DNA of 64,000 nucleotides, taken from assembly GCA_050952625.1 (NCBI GenBank), contig JBMNLH010000001.1, forward strand, positions 1,568,001 through 1,632,000, given 5' to 3'. The DNA comes from Bacillota bacterium (GTDB lineage: Bacteria > Bacillota > Ch66 > Ch109). The notes below the pieces were generated by a model. It was not told where the DNA came from and made no database searches. It was given only the letters and a program-made list of their open reading frames with translations. The position numbers and the translations under genes were made by a program. Positions 17,682 through 29,180 of the stretch are shown here, piece by piece. Numbering within the stretch: position 1 is the first letter of the stretch; each line of letters opens with the position of its first letter.

Positions 17682-18443
17682 CTAAGCCTGGCTTGCCAAC
17701 AGAGCTGCTCCCAGAGCCCCGGTAAACTGGCATGAATCGGATACGAGAAGAATACAGCCCAATTCCTTTTCCAGGGCTCTTTTCACTCCCTGATTCATCG
17801 CCACTCCGCCGGTAAAGGCCACTTTTTCCTGCACCCCCATCCGCAAAGCCATAGAGGCCACCCTTTTGCCTACAGCTTCATGCAGGCCGGCGATTATACT
17901 TCCTTTGGGATTGCCGCGGGCCAGCAGTCCGATTATTTCTGATTCAGCAAAAACAGTACACATACTGCTGATCGGAATGATCCGTTCTGGATCTTCGGCT
18001 TCTCCCAGTTCACTTACATCCAGGCCTAAAGCGGTTGCCATCACTTGCAAAAAGCGGCCGGTTCCGGCAGCGCATTTATCATTCATGGCAAAATTCAAAA
18101 CCTTTCCGCCTTCCCCGATCCGGATCACTTTGCTGTCCTGACCTCCTATATCGATGATTGTTCGAACTTCGGGGTGCATCTCCGCTACTCCCCGGGCATG
18201 GCATTTGATTTCAGTGACGGTCTTGTCGGCTTGTTCAAATGCTACCCGACCGTAACCGGTAACGAATATCCGTCCGATCTGGTCACGCTCGATCCTGCTC
18301 CGCTCCAACAGATTCTCGATCACACTTTGCCCGGCATCCCGCGGACTCCATCCGGTTGGAACCATTGTCTTCCAGCGCGAATCTCCGCTCACCATAACCC
18401 CTTTAGTGGCCACCGAACCAATATCAATGCCTACTGTTATCAT
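17682..18443 (-). CDS. ATP-dependent [4Fe-4S] activator (HgdC/BadF family, acyl-CoA dehydratase activase)
   Basis: GIDIGS, TGYGR, IDIGGQDSK, MNDKCAAGTGRF, SSMCTVFAESE. Confidence 0.9.
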   Translation of the reverse strand: MITVGIDIGSVATKGVMVSGDSRWKTMVPTGWSPRDAGQSVIENLLERSRIERDQIGRIFVTGYGRVAFEQADKTVTEIKCHARGVAEMHPEVRTIIDIGGQDSKVIRIGEGGKVLNFAMNDKCAAGTGRFLQVMATALGLDVSELGEAEDPERIIPISSMCTVFAESEIIGLLARGNPKGSIIAGLHEAVGKRVASMALRMGVQEKVAFTGGVAMNQGVKRALEKELGCILLVSDSCQFTGALGAALLASQA

Positions 18444-19026
18444 TTAGCCTCCGTCTACAGCCATTACTTTCTACATAATAAATTCTATTATCTTTTATCC
18501 TCACTTAAATATTTTAACATATAAACGTTATAGCAAAGATAACATTTGGTTATAGATAAGGCTTCCTATCCGGGCAAACGCTTATAGGACGCTTATAGGA
18601 AATTAAAAACGAGGCTATGCTTTCCAGCAGAAATGGAACTGGTTTCTAAAACGGATCAGGTAGGCGAAAAGGAGCAGACGAAAAAACGGTCACCGAAATG
18701 ACCGCTGTAAGCGAGTGTGTTGATAGTGGGCTTCGTCTGTAAAGCGATAGTCTATTAAGGGCAAAATGGCACAACCGCAGGTGTACAAAGATTCGCTGCC
18801 TTTTTACGGTTTGCGATTTACGGTTTACGGGTTGTATACCTTAAGAAATACTGTCAAAATAGCGGGCTATAATATAATATAAAGGTGACTCTAACCTGCA
18901 CTCATTTCTGTCCATACTTTTTAGTTGTATAATCCAAAATACTTACTGAACCTTAGATTAATAACCCCTGATTACAAACCCCGGTTTATCACTCACCCAA
19001 AATAAATCAAAATGGAGGGACACGAT

Positions 19027-20356
19027 ATGGAACTGAAAAATAACCGCTATAAGTTGCTTCTGTTATGCCTTGTTTTTACGTTTATAAGCCGGGCGGCTTT
19101 TGCCGACACCGGATTCGACGACGTTGCGGAAAAGGACTGGTTCTATAAAGGAGTGTTATACGCCAGTTCCAATAAGCTATTGGAGGACACGGGCGAAACT
19201 GCTTTTAAGCCTGCCTCCGCAATCGATCGCACCGAATTTATCGTGGCACTGTACAAATACTCAAAAATAAAAGGTTATGATGTATCCGCCGGATTAGATA
19301 CGAATATCTTGTCCTACGACGACGCATTTAACATTCGGGAAGGTGCTTACGAGGCATTCCAATGGGCCCTGCGGGTCTGGATTGATCCCAGATGCTGGTG
19401 CATCCTCGCTTGAGCCTGACCGCACTGTTTCCAGGGAGCAGATGATAAAGCTAATGTATGACTACGCGTTGCTTTACGGCATCAGCCCCACAACCGGCGA
19501 GGATACGAATATTCTGTCCTATACCGATGTGTCCGATATAAAGCATAACGAGGCCTACCGGGCATTTCAATGGGCATGCGGGACCGGAATTATTAATGGC
19601 ACTTCTGCTTCAACGCTCAGTCCGTCAAACAGCGTAACCAGGGCACAACTGTCAACAGTGCTGTTACGTCTTTCGGAAATGGGATCTGCCCAGACTGAAC
19701 CGGCAAGCGGTCCGGTTAAAGTCGTGACCTTTCAAGAATACACTGTAAAAGGGGACCGGTTTGAGGCAGATATTAAAGTGCCTCAAATACAGGGTCTAGC
19801 GAACAAGGACCTGGAAAGCAGTTTAAATGAAAAATACCGTGCAGAGGGCAAACAACTGTATGATCAGTTCCTTGACGAAATGGAAAACCTGAAAAATGGA
19901 GAAGGTTATTTTTCCGTTAACAGCGGGTATATGACCAAGACCGAAACTGACAGACTCCTGTCAATCGGGCGTTACACCTTAACGGTCATGGCTTCAGGAG
20001 CCGAAAAACTCAGATATGACACCATAGATAAAGAAAAACAAATTTTGATAACCTTGCCGGGTTTGTTCCAGGATAAGAGTTATGTAGACATTATCAGCAA
20101 CTGTATTAAATCTCAGATGAAAGAACAAATGCAAGCCGATGCGGGAATTATTTACTGGGTGGACAGCAGAGAAGGGTTTACCAATGATTTTGACAAAATA
20201 TCGGAAAACCAAAATTTCTACATTACTGAAGATGGGAAACTGGTCATTTCCTTCGATGAGTATGAAGTTGCACCAGGGAATATGGGGACCGTGGAATTTA
20301 CCATTCCAACCGAAATGATACTTCCCGTTTTGGTTAGCGACGAATACATAAAATAA
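19027..20356 (+). CDS. Secreted SLH-domain protein fused to RsiV-like (DUF4163/DUF3298) domain; frameshift near 19370
   Basis: Signal peptide, SLH motifs (FDDV...WF, GIING..., VTRAQ), C-term FYITEDGKLVISFDEYEVAPG.MG.VEFTIP as in RsiV. Confidence 0.75.
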
Positions 20357-20517
20357 AGCCAGGGAAACCTTCAGTATATATCGGCCAATCAACGGATAAT
20401 TCCAGTACACGGGTCAAGCAAAAAGAAACAGGGCGGCCGGTTGGAACCGGCTGCCCTATCCTATTTAGCCCCCAATAGATTTGGAGGAACTCCTGGCTGC
20501 TGCTGCCCCCCGCGCCC

Positions 20518-20626
20518 TTATTCATACCGTAAAGCCTCCACCTGGCTCATCTTGGCGGCTTTTCGCGCGGGATAAAGGCCAAAGATAATCCCGATTGCGG
20601 TGGAAAACCAGAAGGCAATAACCAAT
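20518..20626 (-). pseudogene. MacB/FtsX-like ABC permease C-terminal remnant
   Basis: [26 protein letters not shown]. Confidence 0.65.
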
Positions 20627-20875
20627 AGTTAAAAGCCCGAACCGGATAAGAAACAGGCAGCCAGTTAGGGCCGGTTGGGGCTTGCTGGGGCTGGTTGGCC
20701 GGCTGTGGGTGGGCGGACAGTTAGCCGGCTGCCGAGGCGTTAAATCTGGTTTTGGGTGGGGTATGGTCGGGGCAATAAGATGGATGTATGTTGTGTGGTG
20801 AATGTTATAATGAACTTGGATGTCTTTCTCAGTAACTCAACTTTCGCAGCAATTTGCTAAATCAAAAGGTCGATA

Positions 20876-21592
20876 CTACAATAGAAAAGCGAACACAACC
20901 GCAAATATGATAGTCGGAAGCATATTCGCTACTTTAAACGTTTTATCCCAAATCAGATTTACTCCTACACAGAAAATCAAAATTGAACCGGTTAAAGAAA
21001 GATTTGAAATAGCCTGAACCGTCATCAATGGTTCAATAAATACGGCCAGCACCGTTATGCTCCCTTGAAACAGCGCAACTGGAATGGCCGCAAAAATAGC
21101 TCCCTTACCCATTGAAGCGGCCAGGATCATTACAATAATAAAGTCAAGAATCGACTTAGCCATAAGCAAAGAGTAATCGCCCATCAAGCCGTCTTGGATT
21201 GCGCCTACAACCGCCATTGCGCCGATACACACGATCAAAGATGTGGTCACGAAACTGTCGAGAAATTGCGAATCATCATCATTCTTGCTCTTACTTTTCA
21301 GCCACGTCCCAAACTGCTCTATGCCCCTTTCGATATCAGCCATTTCTCCGATAAGGGAGCCAAGAACAAAGCTTAGAATTATCATCATGCTGCCCTGGCT
21401 TATCAGCTTTCCGTTTTCCAAGAAGAGCATTTCCTGCAGCGCGCCGCCTATTCCGATAAACAACACGCATACTCCGGTAGCTTTTATAAGCGTATTCTGT
21501 ATTTTTTCAGGAAAAGCATTCTTTAATAAAACTCCCAATATGCCGCCAGCTATTATGGCTCCAGTATTTATTACGGTTCCGGTTCCTATCAT
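20876..21592 (-). CDS. DUF554 family membrane protein
   Basis: GTVIN start, CIGAMAVVGAIQDGL.GD...KSILD, VANMLP. Confidence 0.85.
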   Translation of the reverse strand: MIGTGTVINTGAIIAGGILGVLLKNAFPEKIQNTLIKATGVCVLFIGIGGALQEMLFLENGKLISQGSMMIILSFVLGSLIGEMADIERGIEQFGTWLKSKSKNDDDSQFLDSFVTTSLIVCIGAMAVVGAIQDGLMGDYSLLMAKSILDFIIVMILAASMGKGAIFAAIPVALFQGSITVLAVFIEPLMTVQAISNLSLTGSILIFCVGVNLIWDKTFKVANMLPTIIFAVVFAFLL

Positions 21593-21749
21593 CCTTTTTT
21601 CCTTTCAGGAAGCTAGAGGGAGGCAAAAAGGAACGTCTTATTGCTTCCCTGCTTCCACATTCTGCCGTTTCCTTGCATCTTCCTGCTTCCGCTTGATAAA
21701 ACACTGGCGATTACCACAGTCCGCTTCTCACCGCCTGAAAATAATCTAA

Positions 21750-22052
21750 TTATCGCTGCACATTTTTCCTTATGTCCTTCAGGTAGTATTCGCCGTTATA
21801 GGTGTAGCCGTTCGCTTCCAGCACTTTGCGTGAAGCTGCGTTCTCCTTATCCGGCTGAATCACCACCCGCGTCGCGCCGAGACCGGCGAGCATTTCCCCC
21901 AGCAGCCGCACCTTTTCCTGGCCATAACCCTTCCGCAGGTATTTAGGCTCGCCAATCAGGTAGTCAATACTGAACAGCACCCCCGGATTATCGGCCGTAT
22001 ACCAATCCTCGTGCTGCTGGCCGAAATAACAGTCATTTATACAAGCAAAGGC
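21750..22052 (-). pseudogene. GNAT acetyltransferase C-terminal fragment
   Basis: IDYLIGEPKYLRKGYG, PDKENAASRKVLEANGY; no N-terminus. Confidence 0.65.
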
Positions 22053-22053
22053 C

Positions 22054-22404
22054 TTAAAATATCCACGGCAAAATTGCCTTTGTTTGCTGTCTATAAGTTA
22101 TATACTCCAGGCCAAACCGATCAATGAGCTTTTTTTCTTCAAGGGGGATCCGGCAGAGGATACCGGCCAGCACAATTATTGTCCCTAGCCATGACCACTG
22201 GCTTCCAAAATACGTATTTGTTCCGGCTAAAATGAGTAATCCCGACGAATATAAAGGATGTCTCACCACCCCGTAGATACCCGAAGTGATTAGTCTTTGC
22301 GTTGGCGATTTTTCAATAATCGGCGACCAATTTTCAGCAATCTCTCTATTTGCAAGATAGCCGCAAAGCGCTCCGAAAATAATCATCATTAATCCGGTGA
22401 TCAT
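22054..22404 (-). pseudogene. Isoprenylcysteine carboxyl methyltransferase-family fragment
   Basis: LITSGIYGVVRHPLY, EEKKLIDRFGLEY..Y; N-terminus probably missing. Confidence 0.65.
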
Positions 22405-22975
22405 TGATACGCTGAATGAGACAACAACGCGTGGAAATTGTTGTAGAGATCCGCATTCCGGGGAATGCTTCGTTCAAAGTGCGCCTTGACCGCAGCGTAA
22501 TCTTTGCCCGCTCCAATTGAGTATCTGTCGCAAAGCCGGGCGGTGTAAGCATCCCCCACGAAGGCCGGAAAGCCGAAAGCGTATAGCAGTATCGAGTCGG
22601 CAGTTTCCGGTCCCACACCCTTTGTGGAAAGCAGTTCGGCCCGCACCTTGTCCAGCGGCTCGCACTGGATGGCCGGCACATCGAATCCGTATTTACCGAA
22701 CCACTCCGTCACGCTTTCAAGTACGCCGCCTTCTGGTTAAAAAAGCCGGCTGGCCGAATCGTCTCCGTCAGTTCGGCCAAGTCGGTGTTCAGCACGGCTT
22801 CGGGCGAGAGGCCGCTGCCGAAGTTGGCGATGACCTTCTCGACGTTGCTCCAGGCCGTGTTCTGGGTCAGCACAGCACCGACTATAACCTCGTAGGGCGT
22901 TTTGGCAGGCCACCAGTGAAGCTCGCCATAATAGGCGATGAGCGTTTCGTATATGGATAACAGTTTGCTGCCCAT
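22401..22975 (-). pseudogene. HhH-GPD (endonuclease III-related) glycosylase, frameshift near 22712, C-terminus truncated
   Basis: WWPA..PYEVIVGAVLTQNTAW.NV, GFFNQKA; KGVGPETADSILLYA, NNFHALL. Confidence 0.75.
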
Positions 22976-23105
22976 CCGTGACCTCCTGTTTTATATCACC
23001 TTATATCACCTAAATATTACGGTTTACAGATACCGCAGGGGGAATATCCCCGATCAATAAGCTCTTTGCGGTCCCCAGCATAGATTGCTTGTTGGATTTT
23101 TATCT

Positions 23106-24839
23106 TTATAACAGCTCATGGATTAGCCACTCAAAATTCTCCCGCCAGCGGGCTCTCATCCCAGTTTTATTTTTCCAGATCGCTTCTGGACCTGTTGTTC
23201 GGTTCAGATCAATCCTAAAATGCCCGTTCTCTGGTTTCAAAACCTGTGCGGTACGGTTTTTGCCGCTTTGGTAACACTCGTTTATATTCTCTGATTCTAA
23301 GATCACCGCGCAGTAATTTTCCATAGCACGGACCTTCAGTACTACGGATAGCTTGTTGCGAAAAAACTCATCCTCTATGTACTTGTGTTTATTGACAAGG
23401 ATATATCGCTTATTGCCGATATGCCTAAGTTCTTCAGTATATAACCGCGGCAGGACTTTTTCCGGTTTTAAGATATCATTTCCCTCAACCAAACCGAATA
23501 CAACATTTTGATCCTTCACTTTACAGACATATATCCCCTCGGCCACTTTTTTCGACTTGCTCAAGATTTTATCAACGCCGCCCGCCGGTATTTCTAGGTG
23601 ATGGAATTTGTTCAACGTTTTCGGTTGATTAAGGCTGGTATCTGGAGACGCATGGCCATCATCCGTTGAGGTATCGTATACGTAGATGCCTCCCGGTGAA
23701 TTCAATTCATCGGTTTTCCGCATTAGGTTATACGGTTTAAGCTCCTTGCCATTAGGGTTGAATCCATATACATACGCATGGGGATTCCTGACTGTACCGT
23801 CCCCGCCCATGGTAACAAAATTATAACAGCTGTTTTCTATGGCTCTAACCTTGTTGTATTTATACCATTTGTCGTAAACTACATCGCCCCCGGTGCTGTT
23901 GATGAGAACCTCGACTCCATTCATCCCATATAGCCGGCTAAATATTGCGTGATTGCAGTCATAACAGATGGTTATTCCTATTTTATAGCCTTTGTACACA
24001 ATGGGTTGAAAGAAGGACTCCGCTACTTCACGATAATTGTCAAAATCAAAGGCGGAAAAGTCCGTCATGGTATGTTTGATATAAAAAGCGGTTTCGGTTT
24101 CCGTATCATCAGCGAATGCGTTGGCAAAAACGCTGAAAATCGTATTTTCCTTATCTGCGCTGCAGACAACCACTGCCTTCCCGATTTCTTCGCTAAAATC
24201 GAGACAGGCGGCAAAAATCCTCTCTTTATCCTCCTCATTACCCAAGTCTGACTCTTCAAATAAATCTACAAAAGGAAAATAGGCAAACTCCGGCAGAACA
24301 AAAATATCAAAATCCGCCTTTTTTACCACCTCAATCGCCTTGTCAAAACAACGCTGGTTTTTTAATTCCTCTGTCTGCAGATACAACCCGACCTTCAAGC
24401 CGCCTTTTTTAGGCCGGATGGCAGCCTCGGCGGCTTTTGCCGATGCCGATTGCAGATCCGATATGCCTTTATGCTTCTTAGCTGGCGGTTTTGGCGGTAC
24501 AGTCGCTTCTTTCTTTTTCATCCCTGGTTCCGATTGTTTTTGCTGAACCCCGCTTCTTGTCTGAATATTTTTGGTTTTGCCGGTGTAATACATTTCAAAA
24601 CCAAGACGTTCAAAAAACTTCACCGTCTCCATGCCGCCGCCGAAATCACTCTTGCTGATTTCCTTGCCAAATGCTACCTTATAGGCCATTCCGCGAATAT
24701 GCTTTGCGGGCAACTTCTTGCCTTCATATAAAAGGAAAGTAGATCTCGGACTCGGATATTCTGGATTTTCCGCATAGAAAATCTCAATCGTTTTTATTAC
24801 ATCTTCTCTTGTGATACTCAACCAATTGATTTTCGGCAT
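23106..24839 (-). CDS. Carbon-nitrogen hydrolase (nitrilase superfamily) with N-terminal ScoMcrA-head-like domain
   Basis: Catalytic triad VLPE / YIKH / ICYD and RAIEN; N-term ITREDV...LLYEGKKLPAK...FGGG.ET..FFERLGF resembles head domains of McrA/McrB-type proteins (recognised from memory). Confidence 0.7.
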   Translation of the reverse strand: MPKINWLSITREDVIKTIEIFYAENPEYPSPRSTFLLYEGKKLPAKHIRGMAYKVAFGKEISKSDFGGGMETVKFFERLGFEMYYTGKTKNIQTRSGVQQKQSEPGMKKKEATVPPKPPAKKHKGISDLQSASAKAAEAAIRPKKGGLKVGLYLQTEELKNQRCFDKAIEVVKKADFDIFVLPEFAYFPFVDLFEESDLGNEEDKERIFAACLDFSEEIGKAVVVCSADKENTIFSVFANAFADDTETETAFYIKHTMTDFSAFDFDNYREVAESFFQPIVYKGYKIGITICYDCNHAIFSRLYGMNGVEVLINSTGGDVVYDKWYKYNKVRAIENSCYNFVTMGGDGTVRNPHAYVYGFNPNGKELKPYNLMRKTDELNSPGGIYVYDTSTDDGHASPDTSLNQPKTLNKFHHLEIPAGGVDKILSKSKKVAEGIYVCKVKDQNVVFGLVEGNDILKPEKVLPRLYTEELRHIGNKRYILVNKHKYIEDEFFRNKLSVVLKVRAMENYCAVILESENINECYQSGKNRTAQVLKPENGHFRIDLNRTTGPEAIWKNKTGMRARWRENFEWLIHELL

Positions 24840-25761
24840 TTTATATCACCATTGCTTTCTTAACGCCTCGACTAATCTTTTTTAAGTTGAAGTATATCTT
24901 AATCCATACTTTTGAATTATTGAGTTTATTGAATTTGTAGAAATATTGATCTCGCAATCATCTTCGCTATACATAGGGATCGCTTTTACCGACATATTAC
25001 AGACATCACCGAGCTGGTAATCCGCATCAGGAAACGTAACATACGGTGCCCAACAGCTTTGCTGCATCGTAAGATATCTCTTTATCCAACATCCCTCTAA
25101 TTTTAGGATGCTTTGATAGTCATTCTGCTGATAAGCGCATAGCATTCGATAGTATAATGAAATTGTATCATTCATTGGGATAAGCAGTGAAGCCAACTCG
25201 AAAAGGCTTCTCACTACCGAACCTATTTGGTCCATCTTGAACCGGAAGAACACACTTATGATTTTGTGGTAGTTCACTCCTCTTCCCTGGAAGTACAGAA
25301 AGAAAAAACCTTACAAAAACGGATTGGATATCTTGGAGAGTTATATTCGACATAAATTTAGGCGGTCCCTGCCAGATACAGGACATATATTAAATGGATT
25401 CTGCCATTTAGCTGCCAATTTTGCCATCTTCTTCGCCTTCCTTCTCATTTTCATTCAAATCTTTTCGGGCTAAATTATCTCTGAGCGCAACGAAAAGTTT
25501 ATCCTTCATGGCATGCTTGACCAGAGCTGGTATGGTTGCGTAGCGGTTATCATAATCCGTTTCCGCTTGCCCTCTGCGTGTAAATACTCCATTATCTTAT
25601 TTGCTTTCCTCTTTCCGCTTATTACTTCCCGTAGTCAGCGCACGCGGTTTGTCAGAAGTTAACATAAAGCCTAAATGATGCATATGGTATAGATAGAAAT
25701 AACCTTAGAAAAATGTCCTTTAGAAATATCCTTTAATACCCAAGCTGGAGGAAACGAGATT

Positions 25762-26250
25762 ATGGAATTTGGATATTTTCAGGGTCGGCTTACCCGAATC
25801 CGGGATTTGCCGGCCGAATACCCCGGCACGGCCGGCTGTTATAAAATGATGACGGTGGTCAATAGCGAAGGCAGCATCGTTGATTTCGTCGTTACCCCGG
25901 ACACTTACTTTGTCGATCATGAAACACTGAGAGTCGGGTACCAGGTAATCGGCTTTTACGATGCCAATGCCCCGGTGCCACTGATTTATCCGCCCCAGTA
26001 TGAGGCACTGGTGATGGCCCGGGTTACCCGCGGGCGAAACGTTGAAGTGGCCTTCTTTGATTCCCGATTAGTCAGCAGCGACGGATGGCTGAAGCTGAAT
26101 ATCGGCCCGTCTACCCGGATTCTTTTGGAAAATGACCAGGCTTTTAACCGGAACCCGGCCAACCGCAACCTGGTTGTCACCTTTGGCCCTACGACCCGGA
26201 GCATCCCGGCACAGACCACCCCGTACGAGATTATCGTTTTGTGTCTCTAG
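25762..26250 (+). CDS. Conserved hypothetical protein of spore-forming Firmicutes
   Basis: GGAGG RBS; FVVTPDTYFVD, PLIYPPQY, TTRSIPAQTTP motifs. Confidence 0.7.
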   Translation: MEFGYFQGRLTRIRDLPAEYPGTAGCYKMMTVVNSEGSIVDFVVTPDTYFVDHETLRVGYQVIGFYDANAPVPLIYPPQYEALVMARVTRGRNVEVAFFDSRLVSSDGWLKLNIGPSTRILLENDQAFNRNPANRNLVVTFGPTTRSIPAQTTPYEIIVLCL

Positions 26251-26493
26251 GGAAGCTTACGCCCCGTTTATAACGTCAGTTGATAAGTTTAAAAGCTTCT
26301 CTCCTTTAACCCGCTCAATTGCTGAATTTAAGCATTAAGACCTAGCTTCTTTTAATGCCTCTACCGGGTTTAAAATAAAACCCGACCCGGAATAAAACCT
26401 TCCGGTCGGGTATCGCTTTAATCCGCGATGTTTTATCCGAGAGTCAAGTCACCATAAAATCTTTTACAGCAAGTCTTCTGGTGTCAAAACTTC

Positions 26494-27302
26494 TCACATC
26501 AGCAACTGCAGGCTTACCGCCATAATAATCATCCCGGCAATCAGACCGTAAATCGTTAGGTGATGCTCCCCGTATTCCCTGGCCGTTGGGAGCAATTCAT
26601 CGAAAGAGATATAAACCATGATTCCCGCTATTACCGCATACAATATCCCAAAAAGAGCATCGCTTAAGATAGGCATTATAATCAAATAAGCAATAACCGC
26701 ACCCAAAGGTTCTCCCAGCCCGGATATAATGCTCCAGCCTAACGCCTTCATTCTGCTTCCGGTGGCGCAATATACCGGAACTGCTACAGAAATGCCTTCC
26801 GGGATGTTATGGATGGCTACCGCGATTGCAACCGCAATTCCCAGCGAGGGGTCCTGAATGGCGGAGATAAAGGTTGCCATACCTTCTGGAAAGTTGTGGA
26901 TTGCAATGATTAATGCAGTAAAAACACCCACCCGGAAAAGTTTTCGGTCTCCTTTTAGTCCGCTGTAATCTAAGCTTTCACCTCCGCTGAATTCATGGGG
27001 ATTTTCTTGGACGGGGATAAGCTTATCGATAATAGCGATGAGAAAAATCCCCCCGAAAAATGCGGCCAGGCTGAGCCAGCTGCCCGTACTGGTCCCATAG
27101 TCGGCGACCAACTGTTTGTTTGATTCGGAAAGCAGCTCGACAAACGAAATATAAACCATCACCCCGGCCGAAAGTCCCAGGGAAACTGACAGGGCTTTTG
27201 GATTCGGTTTCTTAAAAACAGTACAATCAGTCCGCCAATCCCGGTTGATAATCCCGCAAAAATGGTCAGACCAAGCGCAATTAAAATACCCGTTGCACTC
27301 AA
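26494..27302 (-). CDS. zupT: ZIP-family zinc transporter, frameshift near 27215
   Basis: AGLSTGIGG N-term in one frame; SAGVMVYISF, HNFPEG, HNIPEG, DELLP in the other. Confidence 0.85.
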
Positions 27303-27459
27303 TTTGTCCACCTTTTCTTTTTGCAATTCCACAAAATACAACTATAAGATGCCTGGATAAATGGTCTGTTATTTTTATCAAGACCGATTTCGGCTTCCAT
27401 GCACGATCCGTTTCATATATTAATCTTGTATTTAGTTTCAATATTAATCTATATTTAAA

Positions 27460-28137
27460 TTACCCAACTTTTGTAATGCCCCGAATGACAATAGGAATAA
27501 CCGCAACGACTAGTTTATAATGATTACCTCTAAATTCAGAACCTAGCCCAATCGTTAGATAAAAACTCCCCTTAAAAAGATAATCGCCAAATTCCCATAA
27601 TTCGGACCGTGGATCATTAAACTGTTCCTCCCACTCCGTATCCAGTCACAGCGAAATTGTAATTATTGCCATTATAAAAGAATTTTGCTCTTATTTGCCT
27701 GTAATTTCTCCACGTTTTCTGAAAAACTATGTCATCCTGCTGAATCAACACAATGGAATTAGCAATAGGATTTCTTTGGAGAGAAGCGACAGTTAAGCGA
27801 TCAGAATTATTCATAAATATTCTAGGATTGTTAGTACAGTAATTACCAAGTAATGTATTAGGTACTTCTCCTACCTTAATCCAGTACTCCTCGTCATCAA
27901 TTACCCAGTTTTCAGGTTGATAATACAATGGCTGTGCATGTAAAACGGGAACATCAATGATATCTAATAATTTTGGTTGTTCTTCATTTTTGAAAAGCAA
28001 TATCCTTTATAGTTAATTCCGCGCCTCCCATCTTTCACGAATCTCACCCATGTATTGTTTGCCCAATCAATACCTGCAACACACCGCTGACCATGTTTTC
28101 TTGAGTTAGCCAGACAAATGATTCTCTTGGTAGGCAA
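27460..28137 (-). CDS. Dual OB-fold domain protein, at least two frameshifts
   Basis: KRIICLANSRKHGQRCVAG (manual), PKLLDIIDV..YQPENW, and YLTIGLG...YKLVVAVI (manual, other frame). Confidence 0.7.
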
Positions 28138-28194
28138 ACCAACCCCCCCTTATAACTCCCTTCTTTTAAATTAAGCTTCGAGTTAAGTCTTATG

Positions 28195-28629
28195 TTACAA
28201 ATGTTTAATTTCAAGATTATCTACCCGCTCAAGAAAGTATTCGGCTACCAATCGACGATGACATTGTTTTGGTTTATCTTCTGAGCATAGTAAACAAATC
28301 GAACTGGGTTTGTTGTCATCATAAATATTTTTCAGGGGCTCTCTCTGGGTTAAAAGATTCTTAAATTGTTTCTCGTAATCATTCCAGGTTATTTTTTTTT
28401 GTTTATATCCCTTCAAAATATCCTCAGTTGGCGCGAGATCAGGGCGGTGTTCATATGCGATGCCCACTAAATCCAAGATATACTCAAGATCTTGCTTTTT
28501 AGCATATCCGGCCAATTGTGAGGTGTTATTAAGACGTACATCTACTATCTTAGAAACCCCTGCTTTTTTTAACCTGGTTATGAATTCTCGGAGATTTTTC
28601 TTTGAAAAACCAATCGTATAAAGAGTCAC
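28195..28629 (-). CDS. DUF488 family protein
   Basis: LYTIGF, VDVRL.N.SQLAG, LAPT, CLLCSE..P..CHRRLV. Confidence 0.85.
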   Translation of the reverse strand: MTLYTIGFSKKNLREFITRLKKAGVSKIVDVRLNNTSQLAGYAKKQDLEYILDLVGIAYEHRPDLAPTEDILKGYKQKKITWNDYEKQFKNLLTQREPLKNIYDDNKPSSICLLCSEDKPKQCHRRLVAEYFLERVDNLEIKHL

Positions 28630-28640
28630 TAGTATTCCTC

Positions 28641-29096
28641 CTAAAAGAGTGTTAATTGTTCAACCTCTATATAGTCCCCAACTTTTCTAGCATTCACTTT
28701 AATGTATTCCTCGGTTACAATATCATGCTGTTTTAAAAAATCACCTACTAAACTTCGGTGACAGTATTTTCTTTCTTTGCAAAAACAGACCAGCGCGATG
28801 GTCTCTCCCCGTTCGACCCTGCTTTTGAGTCTACTAACGACTTTAAGTTTTTCCCTAGATCTTAACTCCCGGTTAAATATTTCCGCGTAGTAAGGCCACC
28901 ATTCTTCAGGCGGTTTATCCTTCCAATGATAAAGATACTGATGAAACAGGACAGGGCTCGGAGACAATTCTGGCACCCATATACTTCCAGGAATAGTATT
29001 GCTAGATCTGGTGATTTGCCAAACCTCATCACAGTTAATATATTTTAAAGAAGAAATAGACGCCGTAATCACCTGTCCTTTATAAATTGTATTCAT
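28641..29096 (-). CDS. Second, divergent DUF488-like protein
   Basis: ELSPS..LF, IALVCFC....CHRSLV. Confidence 0.7.
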   Translation of the reverse strand: MNTIYKGQVITASISSLKYINCDEVWQITRSSNTIPGSIWVPELSPSPVLFHQYLYHWKDKPPEEWWPYYAEIFNRELRSREKLKVVSRLKSRVERGETIALVCFCKERKYCHRSLVGDFLKQHDIVTEEYIKVNARKVGDYIEVEQLTLF

Positions 29097-29180
29097 AAAT
29101 ACATCTCCTCCTCTAAAACATATTTTACCAATAAATCAACTATTTTAATATAAAATACATGGATTTTGCATATTTCCACT

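Noticed and set aside
24882-25590. Short minus-strand ORFs upstream of the nitrilase fusion as operon partners
   Set aside because: No recognisable motifs and fragmented frames; possibly a decayed gene, but I cannot support a call.
26494-27441. 315-aa ORF with a novel N-terminal extension on ZupT
   Set aside because: The true ZupT N-terminus is in another frame (27159-27341 ORF); the extension is a frameshift artefact.
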